From an uncultured Nitrospira sp. (lineage in GTDB: Bacteria; Nitrospirota; Nitrospiria; Nitrospirales; Nitrospiraceae), in the NCBI GenBank assembly GCA_964416255.1, contig CAYQDJ010000005.1, forward strand, positions 5,304-69,303: 64,000 nt of DNA, in the 5' to 3' direction. A model generated the notes under the pieces. It saw only the letters and a list, made by a program, of their open reading frames with translations, did not search any database and had not been told where the DNA came from. Below are positions 19,568 through 28,240 of this stretch, one piece after another. Both the position numbers and the translations under genes were made by a program. Position 1 is the stretch's first letter. Each line of letters opens with the position of its first letter.

Positions 19568-19643
19568 TGGTAGGCGGAACAGGGATCGAACCTGTGACCT
19601 CTGCCTTGTAAGGGCAGCGCTCTCCCGACTGAGCTATCCGCCC
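19568..19643 (-). tRNA. tRNA-Val(UAC)
   Basis: GGGCGGATAGCTCAGTCGGGAGAGCGCTGCCCTTACAAGGCAGAGGTCACAGGTTCGATCCCTGTTCCGCCTACCA: anticodon TAC, encoded CCA. Confidence 0.97.
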
Positions 19644-19665
19644 GTTTTTCTTAATAAGCTGGCGG

Positions 19666-19694
19666 AGGTTATCAAGTCCTCTGATCCTTGTCAA
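19666..19694 (-). promoter_or_regulatory. sigma70 promoter of the tRNA-Val/tRNA-Asp unit
   Basis: TTGACA-N17-TAACCT about 22 nt upstream of tRNA-Val. Confidence 0.65.
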
Positions 19695-19924
19695 CCGGTA
19701 CGCGCACTCTTCTTGCAAACATTTTACGTAGGCAACGCCCGATCCGCCTGCCGCGCTCTTCTCTAGCCCACATTCTTCATGACGGTTTTTGACGAAACCA
19801 TCGAAACGCCCAGCGAGGTCCGCGACGCGAATACATCGCGTCAACGTTTGCGGCCTGCGGCCAAGCCCGTCGGAGCGGCGTCTCGGCGGTTTCAGTGGAA
19901 GCGCTCAGGAAAATGTGGGTTGGC

Positions 19925-20860
19925 CTAGGCAGAAGACCGGCGGCTCGACCTCTGTCTCGGGAAATACCGCCGATGGATCTCCTTGAGCCGGCTCCGTTCC
20001 ACATGCGTATAGATTTGAGTCGTGACGATGTCGGCATGCCCTAACATCATCTGCACGGCGCGGAGATCGGCACCGCCCTCGAGCAGATGAGTCGCAAAAG
20101 AATGCCGGAGCATATGCGGTGAAATGGGTTTGAGAATTCCCGCCCGGCGGGCACGCTGACGCAACGACTTCCAATAGGCCTGCCTGGTAAGAGAGGGTCC
20201 CCGACGCGAAACAAATAGCGCCCGTGACGCGCGTCCTTTCAGCAAGACCGGCCGTGCATGCTCCACATAGGTCAGGAGGGCTGCACGAGCGGCCTGTCCC
20301 ATGGGAACGACGCGCTCCTTCCCACCTTTTCCGAACACGCGCAAATAGCCGACCCCCAGATCCATGTGGTCCATCCGAAGGCCGACCAGCTCCGAGATTC
20401 GAAGACCGGATGCATACAGCAACTCCAGCATCGCCCGATCACGCAAGTCTTCCGCCGTCGGACGGGGCGGGACATTCAACAGGGCCGCGACGTCTGCACC
20501 GGTCAAGATCTTGGGCAATCGAACCGGTCGACGCACCGGAGCAAGATCTCTCACCGGATTCGTCGGGATGAGTTTCTCCCGGGTCAAGAAGCGGAACCAT
20601 CCCCGCAGCGCCGATGTCATGCGGGCGATCGACGCGGCGGCGAATCGCTGCTGCGTGAGGGTGGTCAGGAACTCTCGGACCAGCGGCGGGGAAACGGCGC
20701 TGCGCATCGGCAACCGGTTGCGGCTCAAGTAGTGCTGGAATTTGGTCAGATCCCGTCGATAGGATTCTAGGGTATTGACGGCCAATCCTCCCTCGATGCG
20801 CAATTCACGCAGGTAACGTTCGACGAGAGGATCCAACATGGGTGACGCGTCGTCGATCAT
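19925..20860 (-). CDS. xerD: Site-specific tyrosine recombinase XerD
   Basis: RDRAMLELLYASGLRISEL, GKGGKERVVP, SPHMLRHSFATHLLEGGADLRAVQMMLGHADIVTTQIYTHV. Start 20860 or 20839. Confidence 0.92.
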   Translation of the reverse strand: MIDDASPMLDPLVERYLRELRIEGGLAVNTLESYRRDLTKFQHYLSRNRLPMRSAVSPPLVREFLTTLTQQRFAAASIARMTSALRGWFRFLTREKLIPTNPVRDLAPVRRPVRLPKILTGADVAALLNVPPRPTAEDLRDRAMLELLYASGLRISELVGLRMDHMDLGVGYLRVFGKGGKERVVPMGQAARAALLTYVEHARPVLLKGRASRALFVSRRGPSLTRQAYWKSLRQRARRAGILKPISPHMLRHSFATHLLEGGADLRAVQMMLGHADIVTTQIYTHVERSRLKEIHRRYFPRQRSSRRSSA

Positions 20861-21008
20861 CGCGATTCGTAGTATGGATTGTGCCGCGAGTGCAGGCACT
20901 ATAGACAACATGGTTTCCGAACACAACACAGGGAGCGGCAGTTCTCCTTGACACCCCGCACCCTTTCCGTTACTAGTCACGTCACACGAACCATCCCTTG
21001 TAACGCGC

Positions 21009-22979
21009 ATGCCTCCCGACCGAACTTGCATCCGGCACACCCGCTCATCTGCCGCCAACATCCGGAGATTGCTCGGCCTCGCCGTCTGCCTCGTGGCCTT
21101 CTGGTCCACTCAATTCCAGGCGGCTTCCGCACCGCCGGGCAAACCCCTGCCCAATCCGCCCGTATTGACCCAAGCCAAGATCCTCATCGACAAGGGGGAC
21201 CATGAATCGGCCGCCACACTGCTCCGACGATTCCTCGAAACCTCGCCGCGCCCGGAACACCTCGATGACACGTATCTGCTGCTGGGCGCCGCCCTGCTGG
21301 GCATGAAGGAATATCAGGACGCGCTGAAATTCTTGCACCAGCTTCATACGGAGTTCCCCGCTTCCGACCTGGGAGACCGAGGCAAACTGTTGGCCGCTCG
21401 GACGCATGCGGCCATGGGCAATGTCGATCTCGCCATCCCGCTGCTGACGCAGGTCCGGGTCTCGACGCCCGACGAGGACACCAAGCGGGAGGCGCTCAAG
21501 CTCACCGCCGACTATCTGGTTCAGAAGCGAGATTACGTGCGGGCCATCCAAACGCTGTTGGACGCATTCACCGGGAGCCCTGAGGCACAGCGCGAGGAGA
21601 CGCGGGAACAGATACGCGAACTCATCGTTGAAAAATTGGACAAGAAAGCGTTGGCTCGCATCCGCGCTGTCTATCCACGCTCCTATCCCGGCGATCTCGC
21701 CTCCATCCGCTTGATCGACTACTACACCGCGCGGGGAGAGGACCACCTTGCGGAGCGTGAAATTCATCTCTTTCTGTCCGCCTTTCCCGCCCATGCGTAC
21801 GCTGCGAAAGCCCAGGACTCGCTCGCGCTGCTGCACAATAAGCTCCGGACCAATCAGTATCTCGTCGCCACCGTTCTGCCGCTGTCCGGTCGTCTCGCTC
21901 CATTCGCCAATGACGTGTTGGAAGGCATTCAACTGGCGATGGAACGGGCCCGTGAGCAGCCCGGGACGCCGTCCATCGGCTTGATCGTCAAGGACACGGA
22001 AGCCGACCGCGCCTCATTCCTCGACGATCTGTTGAACGTGCTGAGCGAAGACCGGCTCGTGGCGGTCATCGGCCCGATGCTGTCGAAGAACCTCCCCGCC
22101 ATGGCCGAAATGGCACAAAAGACGAAAGTGCCCCTGATCACGCCCACAGCTACGCTGCCCAACATCCGCCGGCTTGGCACATACCTCTTCAGCACCTCGC
22201 TCACGTATGACCTGCAGGCCAAACGGATCGCCGCCTATGCGACATCCATGCAGGAGTATCGCCGCTTCTGCATTTTCCATCCCGATACCCTCTATGGACG
22301 AGAGCTGGCGCGGATGTTCGCCCAAGAGGTTCGGCGGCACAACGGCGAAATCATCGCCATCGAATCCTTCAAGGAAGGCGAGACGGATTTTGGTCCGCAA
22401 ATCAAACGCCTGAAGGAGGAAGATCTGAAGAAGTATGGGTTGGCCGTTCCCATCGACCCCTCACGTCCGCCCGGGAAACTCTTTGGGAAATCGGATAAGC
22501 GGGTCTTGTATACTCCCGGCTTCGACGCGTTGTTTATTCCCAGCCGCTCGCAGGAAATCGGCCTGATCGCGGCACAACTGGCGTTCCATGACGTGACGGT
22601 GCCCCTGCTGGGCACCAACGGCTGGAACTCACTGAACTTTGCACGGACCGCCGATCGAACGGTCGATGGTGCGGTGTTTGTGGACGGCTTCTTCGCGGAC
22701 AGCCCCAATCCCGCCGTCCAAGACTTCGTACAGCGCATCCAAAGGCGTTTCCAGACCGTCCCCTCCTTATTTACGATGCAGGGCTACGACGCCGCGCGGA
22801 CCGTCATCGAAGCCGTCAGACGAGGGGCCACGTCGGGAGAAGCAGTGCATGAATTGTTGCTCACCCAGCGGGATTGGCCGGCGTTGGCCGGGCCCGCCGG
22901 ATTCGGCCAGGACGGCACCCTTGAGCGATCCCTGTTTCTCCTCCAGGTCAAACACGGTAAGTTCGTGCAATTGGACTGA
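21009..22979 (+). CDS. LpoA-like penicillin-binding-protein activator (TPR plus type I periplasmic-binding fold)
   Basis: N-terminal TPRs, LPLSGRLAPF, VIGPMLS, ESFKEGETDFGPQI, LLGTNGWN, QGYDAA. Confidence 0.75.
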   Translation: MPPDRTCIRHTRSSAANIRRLLGLAVCLVAFWSTQFQAASAPPGKPLPNPPVLTQAKILIDKGDHESAATLLRRFLETSPRPEHLDDTYLLLGAALLGMKEYQDALKFLHQLHTEFPASDLGDRGKLLAARTHAAMGNVDLAIPLLTQVRVSTPDEDTKREALKLTADYLVQKRDYVRAIQTLLDAFTGSPEAQREETREQIRELIVEKLDKKALARIRAVYPRSYPGDLASIRLIDYYTARGEDHLAEREIHLFLSAFPAHAYAAKAQDSLALLHNKLRTNQYLVATVLPLSGRLAPFANDVLEGIQLAMERAREQPGTPSIGLIVKDTEADRASFLDDLLNVLSEDRLVAVIGPMLSKNLPAMAEMAQKTKVPLITPTATLPNIRRLGTYLFSTSLTYDLQAKRIAAYATSMQEYRRFCIFHPDTLYGRELARMFAQEVRRHNGEIIAIESFKEGETDFGPQIKRLKEEDLKKYGLAVPIDPSRPPGKLFGKSDKRVLYTPGFDALFIPSRSQEIGLIAAQLAFHDVTVPLLGTNGWNSLNFARTADRTVDGAVFVDGFFADSPNPAVQDFVQRIQRRFQTVPSLFTMQGYDAARTVIEAVRRGATSGEAVHELLLTQRDWPALAGPAGFGQDGTLERSLFLLQVKHGKFVQLD

Positions 22980-22989
22980 CGGCACAAAC

Positions 22990-23130
22990 ATGGAATGGCT
23001 CGAAGACACAGTGCACGCCATAGCCGCTATGGGCCTCCCACGGTTCATGGCCGTCGTGCTGCATGAAGAGGCTCTCTCTGGTACGATCGTATCGGCGGCA
23101 ATCCGTCTCGGCACAGGAGCACCGGAATGA
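22990..23130 (+). pseudogene. Probable internally deleted remnant of a site-2 protease (M50) gene, 46 codons
   Basis: MEWLEDTVHAIAAMGLPRFMAVVLHEEALSG... resembles an M50 N-terminus up to the HE of HExxH. Its stop overlaps the trpS start (ATGA). Confidence 0.55.
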
Positions 23131-24119
23131 CGACCCCGCACAAGCGCGTGCTCAGCGGCATGCAGCCCAGCGGACTCATGCATCTTGGGAATTACTTGGG
23201 GGCGCTCGAAAATTGGAAAGTGCTGCAAGAAGACTATGCGTGCTACTTTTTTGTCGCCGATTGGCATGCGCTCTCGACCAACTACGCGGACACCAGCCGG
23301 ATTCGCGAGTTTGTTCGAGAAATGCTGATCGACTGGCTCGCCGCCGGGATTGATCCTCTTCGGTCCACCGTATTCATCCAGTCTAAGATTCCGGCACACG
23401 CCATCCTGCACCTGCTGTTCTCCATGATGACCCCGGTCTCCTGGTTGGAGCGGAATCCGACCTACAAGGAAAAGCAGGAAGAGATCAAAGAAAAAGATCT
23501 CACGACTTACGGCTTCCTCGGGTACCCCGTCCTACAAGCGGCGGATATTTTGCTCTACAAACCGGACTTTGTTCCGGTCGGGAAAGATCAGCTGCCCCAT
23601 CTCGAACTGACCCGGGAGTTGGCTCGACGCTTCAACGACCTCTACAAGACCGACGTCTTTCCGGAGCCGAGAGAGCATCTCACCAAGTTTCCCAAAGTCC
23701 TGGGCACGGATGGACGGAAAATGAGCAAGAGCTATCACAACACGATCAATCTGTCGGATCCTGAGCCGGTCCTCCGGCAAAAACTCAAAACGATGATCAC
23801 CGATCCCGCGCGCGTGCGGCGAACCGACCCGGGCAATCCCGACGTCTGCCCCGTCTATGATTTTCACAAGATGTTTTCGCCCCTCCCCGTCATTCAAGAA
23901 GTCGATCACGGCTGTCGCACGGCCGGGATCGGCTGCATCGATTGCAAGAAATTGGTCGCCGATCGGATCGTTGACCGGCTCAAGCCGATATGGGAGGCTC
24001 GGGAAACATTGAAGCGCCACCCGACGCAACTCGACGACATCGTGCACGACGGCAGTCGCCGCGCCACCGCGGTCGCGACCGCCACACTGGACGAAGTGAC
24101 CGAGGCCATGAAGATCTGA
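23127..24119 (+). CDS. trpS: Tryptophan--tRNA ligase
   Basis: SGMQPSGLMHLGNY, YPVLQAADIL, VPVGKDQ, KMSKS. Confidence 0.97.
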   Translation: MTTPHKRVLSGMQPSGLMHLGNYLGALENWKVLQEDYACYFFVADWHALSTNYADTSRIREFVREMLIDWLAAGIDPLRSTVFIQSKIPAHAILHLLFSMMTPVSWLERNPTYKEKQEEIKEKDLTTYGFLGYPVLQAADILLYKPDFVPVGKDQLPHLELTRELARRFNDLYKTDVFPEPREHLTKFPKVLGTDGRKMSKSYHNTINLSDPEPVLRQKLKTMITDPARVRRTDPGNPDVCPVYDFHKMFSPLPVIQEVDHGCRTAGIGCIDCKKLVADRIVDRLKPIWEARETLKRHPTQLDDIVHDGSRRATAVATATLDEVTEAMKI

Positions 24120-24253
24120 ACGACCTGCCCTTCCGCGACAAGTGTTGTGTCGCCACCACACGCACCCAACATGGCCAAGTTGACTCAACGGGCGCCTGCG
24201 CAACCGGGCGGCTTGTGGTATGGTGGATCACCGTGCAGGAGGAGACAATTGCG

Positions 24254-24568
24254 GTGGGGCGAGTGATGTGGCACCGGATCATCGCCTGTTGGGGAGCCAT
24301 GGTCTTCTCATCGTCGGCCTATGCCAATCCTCCGGGTCCGCCCTGTGATCGTTATCCGATGAGCAAGCAGGACCGTTGTGCTGCAATCTGGAAGGAATTG
24401 AACCAAGAAGACGGTCCGGCCATTGCGCAGTTCGGGTTGGACCAACAACAGCGGCGGGAAGCCGGCAGAATCACGGCCGAGCAACATCTCGCCGAAAATA
24501 TGACCTTCATCAAGCAGTCGACGGAGAAACGCCTCAAGCGTCTCCGCGATCGCATGTTGAAAGAATGA
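24254..24568 (+). CDS. Small secreted hypothetical protein with a Cys pair
   Basis: SD AGGAGGAG before GTG 24254, signal peptide ending SAYA, C-DRYPMSKQDR-C. Confidence 0.65.
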   Translation: MGRVMWHRIIACWGAMVFSSSAYANPPGPPCDRYPMSKQDRCAAIWKELNQEDGPAIAQFGLDQQQRREAGRITAEQHLAENMTFIKQSTEKRLKRLRDRMLKE

Positions 24569-24571
24569 CCA

Positions 24572-25084
24572 TCAGAGCTCCGTGCCCCGCCTGAATTGTT
24601 CCGGCACTCTCCCCGCCGATTCGAGCAAATCGCGGCCCACCAAGATCGGCGCCTTGAAATGGATCGCCAAGGCAATCGAGTCGGACGAACGGCTGTCAAA
24701 CGTCTTCACCTCGTTGTTCACCGTCACGGTCAGCGCGCCATAGTAGGTTCCGGCTTTCATGGTGATGACCGTACGCAACACTTTGCCGCCGTAGGCGTCG
24801 AGAATGGTGTGCATGAGGTCGTGGGATAACGGACGAGCCGGTTTCTCTCCGTTCAACGCCCCTTGAATCGAAAGCGCCACGGTGGCATCGACAAAAATCG
24901 GAATCATCCGGCCTTCGGCTTGCAGCAAGACCACCGGCCCATGATCCGACAGCCGAACCTGGACGTCGGCCACCGTCACCTGCTCGGATGCAGACGGCGC
25001 TTGGTGACCGACTGCCGAGCCGGGCCCCGAAAGGAGGACCCAGACCGAGAGGCAGGTGAGCATCAACCGTCGATAACGAGTCAT
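24572..25084 (-). CDS. Bifunctional nuclease / DUF151-family protein with signal peptide
   Basis: PVVLL...IPIFV, RPLSHDL, DSRSSDSIALA. SD GGAGG before ATG 25084. Confidence 0.8.
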   Translation of the reverse strand: MTRYRRLMLTCLSVWVLLSGPGSAVGHQAPSASEQVTVADVQVRLSDHGPVVLLQAEGRMIPIFVDATVALSIQGALNGEKPARPLSHDLMHTILDAYGGKVLRTVITMKAGTYYGALTVTVNNEVKTFDSRSSDSIALAIHFKAPILVGRDLLESAGRVPEQFRRGTEL

Positions 25085-25116
25085 AAAGACCTCCATGGCT
25101 GATGACCGATTGTGAG

Positions 25117-25758
25117 TTAGGCCACGCGCACAAATTGGTTGGATTCCCTCTCCCACCCAATTTCGGTTTCCGGTCCATGCCCCGTGATGACGGTGGTCGC
25201 CTCATCTAACGTATAGAGCCGCTCCCGAATCGATTGCTCAATGGCCGCGAAATCCCCGCCCCACAAATCCGTGCGGCCGATGCTGCCACGAAACAAGGTG
25301 TCACCGGACAGCAGCAGCCCGTCGTCCGGCAGATGGTAACTCATGGATCCCGGCGTGTGCCCGGGCGTGTGAATTGCGACCACCGGCACGCTGCCGGCCG
25401 GCACCTGTTCCTCATCCTTCAACCAATAGTCGGGCATGGGCACCGGCACATAGGCCACCCCAAACGCCCGGCACTGCATTTCGAGATGCTGCCAGAGGGT
25501 GAGATCGTCTCGATGCAGGCAGAGCGTCGCCCCCGTCGCCTCTTTCATTTTTCCGGAGGCCAGGAAATGGTCGAAATGAGCGTGGGTGTGCAAGATATGC
25601 GTGACGGCCAGTCCCAACTGTTGCACTTCATGGAGAATGCGCTCAGGCGCGCCGCCGGGATCCACGACCACGGCCTGCTTGGTCTCCAGATCACCGATGA
25701 TGGAACAGTTGCATCCCAACGGAGGCACCGCAAACGTCTTCCGTACCAAGCTTCCCAT
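25117..25758 (-). CDS. MBL-fold metallo-hydrolase (glyoxalase II-like)
   Basis: THAHFDH, HTPGHTPGS, SGDTLF..SIGRTDL, TGHGP. Confidence 0.92.
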   Translation of the reverse strand: MGSLVRKTFAVPPLGCNCSIIGDLETKQAVVVDPGGAPERILHEVQQLGLAVTHILHTHAHFDHFLASGKMKEATGATLCLHRDDLTLWQHLEMQCRAFGVAYVPVPMPDYWLKDEEQVPAGSVPVVAIHTPGHTPGSMSYHLPDDGLLLSGDTLFRGSIGRTDLWGGDFAAIEQSIRERLYTLDEATTVITGHGPETEIGWERESNQFVRVA

Positions 25759-25783
25759 ACGCCGATGCTACCGTTGACTGTCC

Positions 25784-26413
25784 TCAGGGCGCAAGCAGCG
25801 GACTCTCCTCAGGGCTCACGTGGCGCACCGTCCACACCACTTCGGTGTCGTGGATCGCCCACCTCGATCCGTCCCGGCGAAACCAGATGAGGAATCCCGC
25901 ACCGGTGCCATCGGGCCGGGTATTCTCGACAAAGACCAGCGCCTGATGATTCCGCAGCGTCCGGCCCACGCGTGAGAAGGCGAGCCGATCCACGACCGAG
26001 GCCTGAATGAGTGCCGCCGGGACCGCTCTCCTCACTTCCGGTTCTTCCATCGACCCGCCGGACACAAATCGATACCGTGCCCCAAATTGAAATCGCCCCT
26101 CGAGCCGGCTCGGAGACTCGTTCAAAACCAGAAAATCTCGGATCAGATCCTTCGGCAACTCACCGTCGAAGAATCCGTGCGCGGCGAACACTTCAGGCGT
26201 CAACGGTCCGTCCTGATTGGGAACAAGCCGAGCCACGGTCATACGTTCGAGGACCACCAGCTCCGTCCCGGAGGTCAGGAATTTGGAGGTGACGACCTGG
26301 TCATACAACGCGTAATCTTCTCCCGGAATGTTCACCTGGCCGGCGGAGGGCACGCCGGAGAGAATGCCGGCAGTCACCAGCAGGCAGGATGCGAAGAAAC
26401 GCGACAGGCGCAT
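25784..26413 (-). CDS. Secreted hypothetical protein
   Basis: Signal peptide MRLSRFFASCLLVTAGIL and typical codon usage. The ORF-track extension upstream of 26413 overlaps the opposite gene. Confidence 0.7.
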   Translation of the reverse strand: MRLSRFFASCLLVTAGILSGVPSAGQVNIPGEDYALYDQVVTSKFLTSGTELVVLERMTVARLVPNQDGPLTPEVFAAHGFFDGELPKDLIRDFLVLNESPSRLEGRFQFGARYRFVSGGSMEEPEVRRAVPAALIQASVVDRLAFSRVGRTLRNHQALVFVENTRPDGTGAGFLIWFRRDGSRWAIHDTEVVWTVRHVSPEESPLLAP

Positions 26414-26537
26414 ACGTCGAGGATAGCCTCCATGAGAACGCGGGGTCAATTTGCACAAGGCGGTCCCAAACGATAATCGGTCATGGACAAGTCGACCGGA
26501 AGCATGGATAATCGCCGGCATTGCCCGGGAGGGGACC

Positions 26538-27275
26538 GTGCGACATTCCTGCAGACGAACCGAGTTCATTGCCGCCGGTGTTGTCGTGTTCATACTCACC
26601 ATGACGCTGCACGGCTGCAAACCCGACGAGTCGCCGTATCGGGCGGAAAACGAATCGTTGAAGAAACAAATCGTCAAGCAAGAGTCGCTGTTAAGCTCGC
26701 TGCAAGACGGCAACAAAGTCATGCAGCAACAAATCGACCTCCTCAATCAAGAGCTCAGAGATGCCAAAAAGGCCACCGAGACGGCCAAAATCGAAACGAA
26801 ACAGTTGAACGAGCAGCTGGACGCCCAGCTCGTGCAGACCAAACGCATCACGGCGGAAATGCAACGGACCGCGGCGGCGCAGGCGGCCTACAGCCTGAAG
26901 ATCGAAGAGAAAGGCGCGCAGGCCGATACGTTGCCTCGTCCGCTCGCCACCGTGGCCAAGGTCGTCGAAGAATCGTTGACGAGGAACGGGTATCAGCTCA
27001 AGGTCAGCTTGAAAACGGATCAAAAGACCGTGTATGTGACCGAGCGGAAAATGTCCACCCCCGCCTCCCTGGAAGTCGCCGGCTTCCGCAATCAATATCT
27101 GATTGCGCTCCAAGCACTCCCCGGCAATGTCACCAAATTGAGCGTGAAAGCCGAATTCGAGAAAGTTGCCCAGGGTGGGCGCATCCTGAGCGTCAGCGCT
27201 GAAGAGACGGCCGAGATCGAACGTCGCTTGATCGGTGAAATCAGCAAAACGCTCGAGGCCCCCAGCAAGACCTGA
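26538..27275 (+). CDS. Hypothetical lipoprotein with coiled coil
   Basis: SD GGAGGGG, lipobox LHGC, heptad-rich region, stop overlapping the next start. Confidence 0.75.
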   Translation: MRHSCRRTEFIAAGVVVFILTMTLHGCKPDESPYRAENESLKKQIVKQESLLSSLQDGNKVMQQQIDLLNQELRDAKKATETAKIETKQLNEQLDAQLVQTKRITAEMQRTAAAQAAYSLKIEEKGAQADTLPRPLATVAKVVEESLTRNGYQLKVSLKTDQKTVYVTERKMSTPASLEVAGFRNQYLIALQALPGNVTKLSVKAEFEKVAQGGRILSVSAEETAEIERRLIGEISKTLEAPSKT

Positions 27276-28171
27276 TGGGGTGCGTCATGGTTCCGTTCGT
27301 CATCGCCTTCTTTCTCGGCCTCACGGGAACCTCGGCGTCCGCGGCTTCCGGGCCAAAGCCTTCTCCCGAACTTTCCCGCCACCTCTCCGCCATTGCCGCG
27401 CTCGCGCAACCGGCGCCCATGGTGACCATTCCCGCCGGAACGTTCTTGCTGGGCAGCAACCGGATCGACGACGATCCCTATGGACCATGGACACAGTTCG
27501 ACGATACAGAACTGCCTCAAAACCGCGTCTGGCTGGACGCATTTGCCATCGACCGGCACGAAATCAGCTTGGGCGAGTACCTCGGCTTCCTGCGCCAACG
27601 CAAAGAGCATCCTCCGGATGAGTTACAAAAACTCATCTGGCACGTCATCACCGTCCATGCCATGTCCGATCAGACCCTCACACGTTGGCCGGTCCTCTAC
27701 GTGACCTGGCAGGAAGCGGCGTTATTCTGTGCCGCCCACGGCAAACGGTTGCCGACCGAGGCGGAGTGGGAGAAAGCCGCGCGGGGAACGGACGGCTCGT
27801 TGTTTCCCTGGGGTGACGCCCCGCCCAATGCCCAACGCGCCATGTTCGGCCAGCATCATGTCCATGAAATCCCGATCCTGGCCGCCGTGGACTCGCTGGA
27901 CCAGGGAGAGAGCCCCTATGGTTTGCGGCACATGGCAGGGAACGTCGCCGAATGGGTCGCCGATTGGTTCGGCTTTGATTATTACGCGTACATGCCGGAA
28001 CGGAATCCGCGGGGTCCCTCCAGCGGCCGCTACAAGAGCCTGCGCGGCGGCTCATGGAAAAGTAAACCCATCATGCTGCGCACGGCAACACGCAGCGGAG
28101 CGCCGCCGGATCAGCGCTCGGCCACCATCGGCTTCCGCTGTGCAGCAGCGGCGGCATCACCGGCGCACTAG
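27275..28171 (+). CDS. FGE-sulfatase (SUMF1/EgtB/PvdO) fold protein, secreted
   Basis: RLPTEAEWEKAARG, FPWG, YGL.HMAGNVAEWVADW, RGGSW, IGFRCA. Lacks the catalytic Cys pair of true FGE. Confidence 0.88.
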   Translation: MGCVMVPFVIAFFLGLTGTSASAASGPKPSPELSRHLSAIAALAQPAPMVTIPAGTFLLGSNRIDDDPYGPWTQFDDTELPQNRVWLDAFAIDRHEISLGEYLGFLRQRKEHPPDELQKLIWHVITVHAMSDQTLTRWPVLYVTWQEAALFCAAHGKRLPTEAEWEKAARGTDGSLFPWGDAPPNAQRAMFGQHHVHEIPILAAVDSLDQGESPYGLRHMAGNVAEWVADWFGFDYYAYMPERNPRGPSSGRYKSLRGGSWKSKPIMLRTATRSGAPPDQRSATIGFRCAAAAASPAH

Positions 28172-28240
28172 CCGTGCCGCCCGCTGCGGAAACCGTTGAT
28201 TACTTGGTGAGCCGGAAGGCCCATGCTAGCATGGCCGGTG

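Noticed and set aside
19369-20860. Tyrosine recombinase next to two tRNAs as a possible integrated element
   Set aside because: The protein has XerD-type motifs, the flanks are core genes, and I see no duplicated tRNA 3' end or compositional shift.
19925-21109. N-terminal extensions in the track for xerD, PstS-like, ABC ATPase, TPR and carbamoyltransferase ORFs
   Set aside because: They overlap neighbouring genes or promoter boxes; shorter starts fit better.
27275-28171. FGE-fold protein as a true formylglycine-generating enzyme
   Set aside because: The catalytic Cys pair after RGGS is absent and there is no sulfatase nearby.
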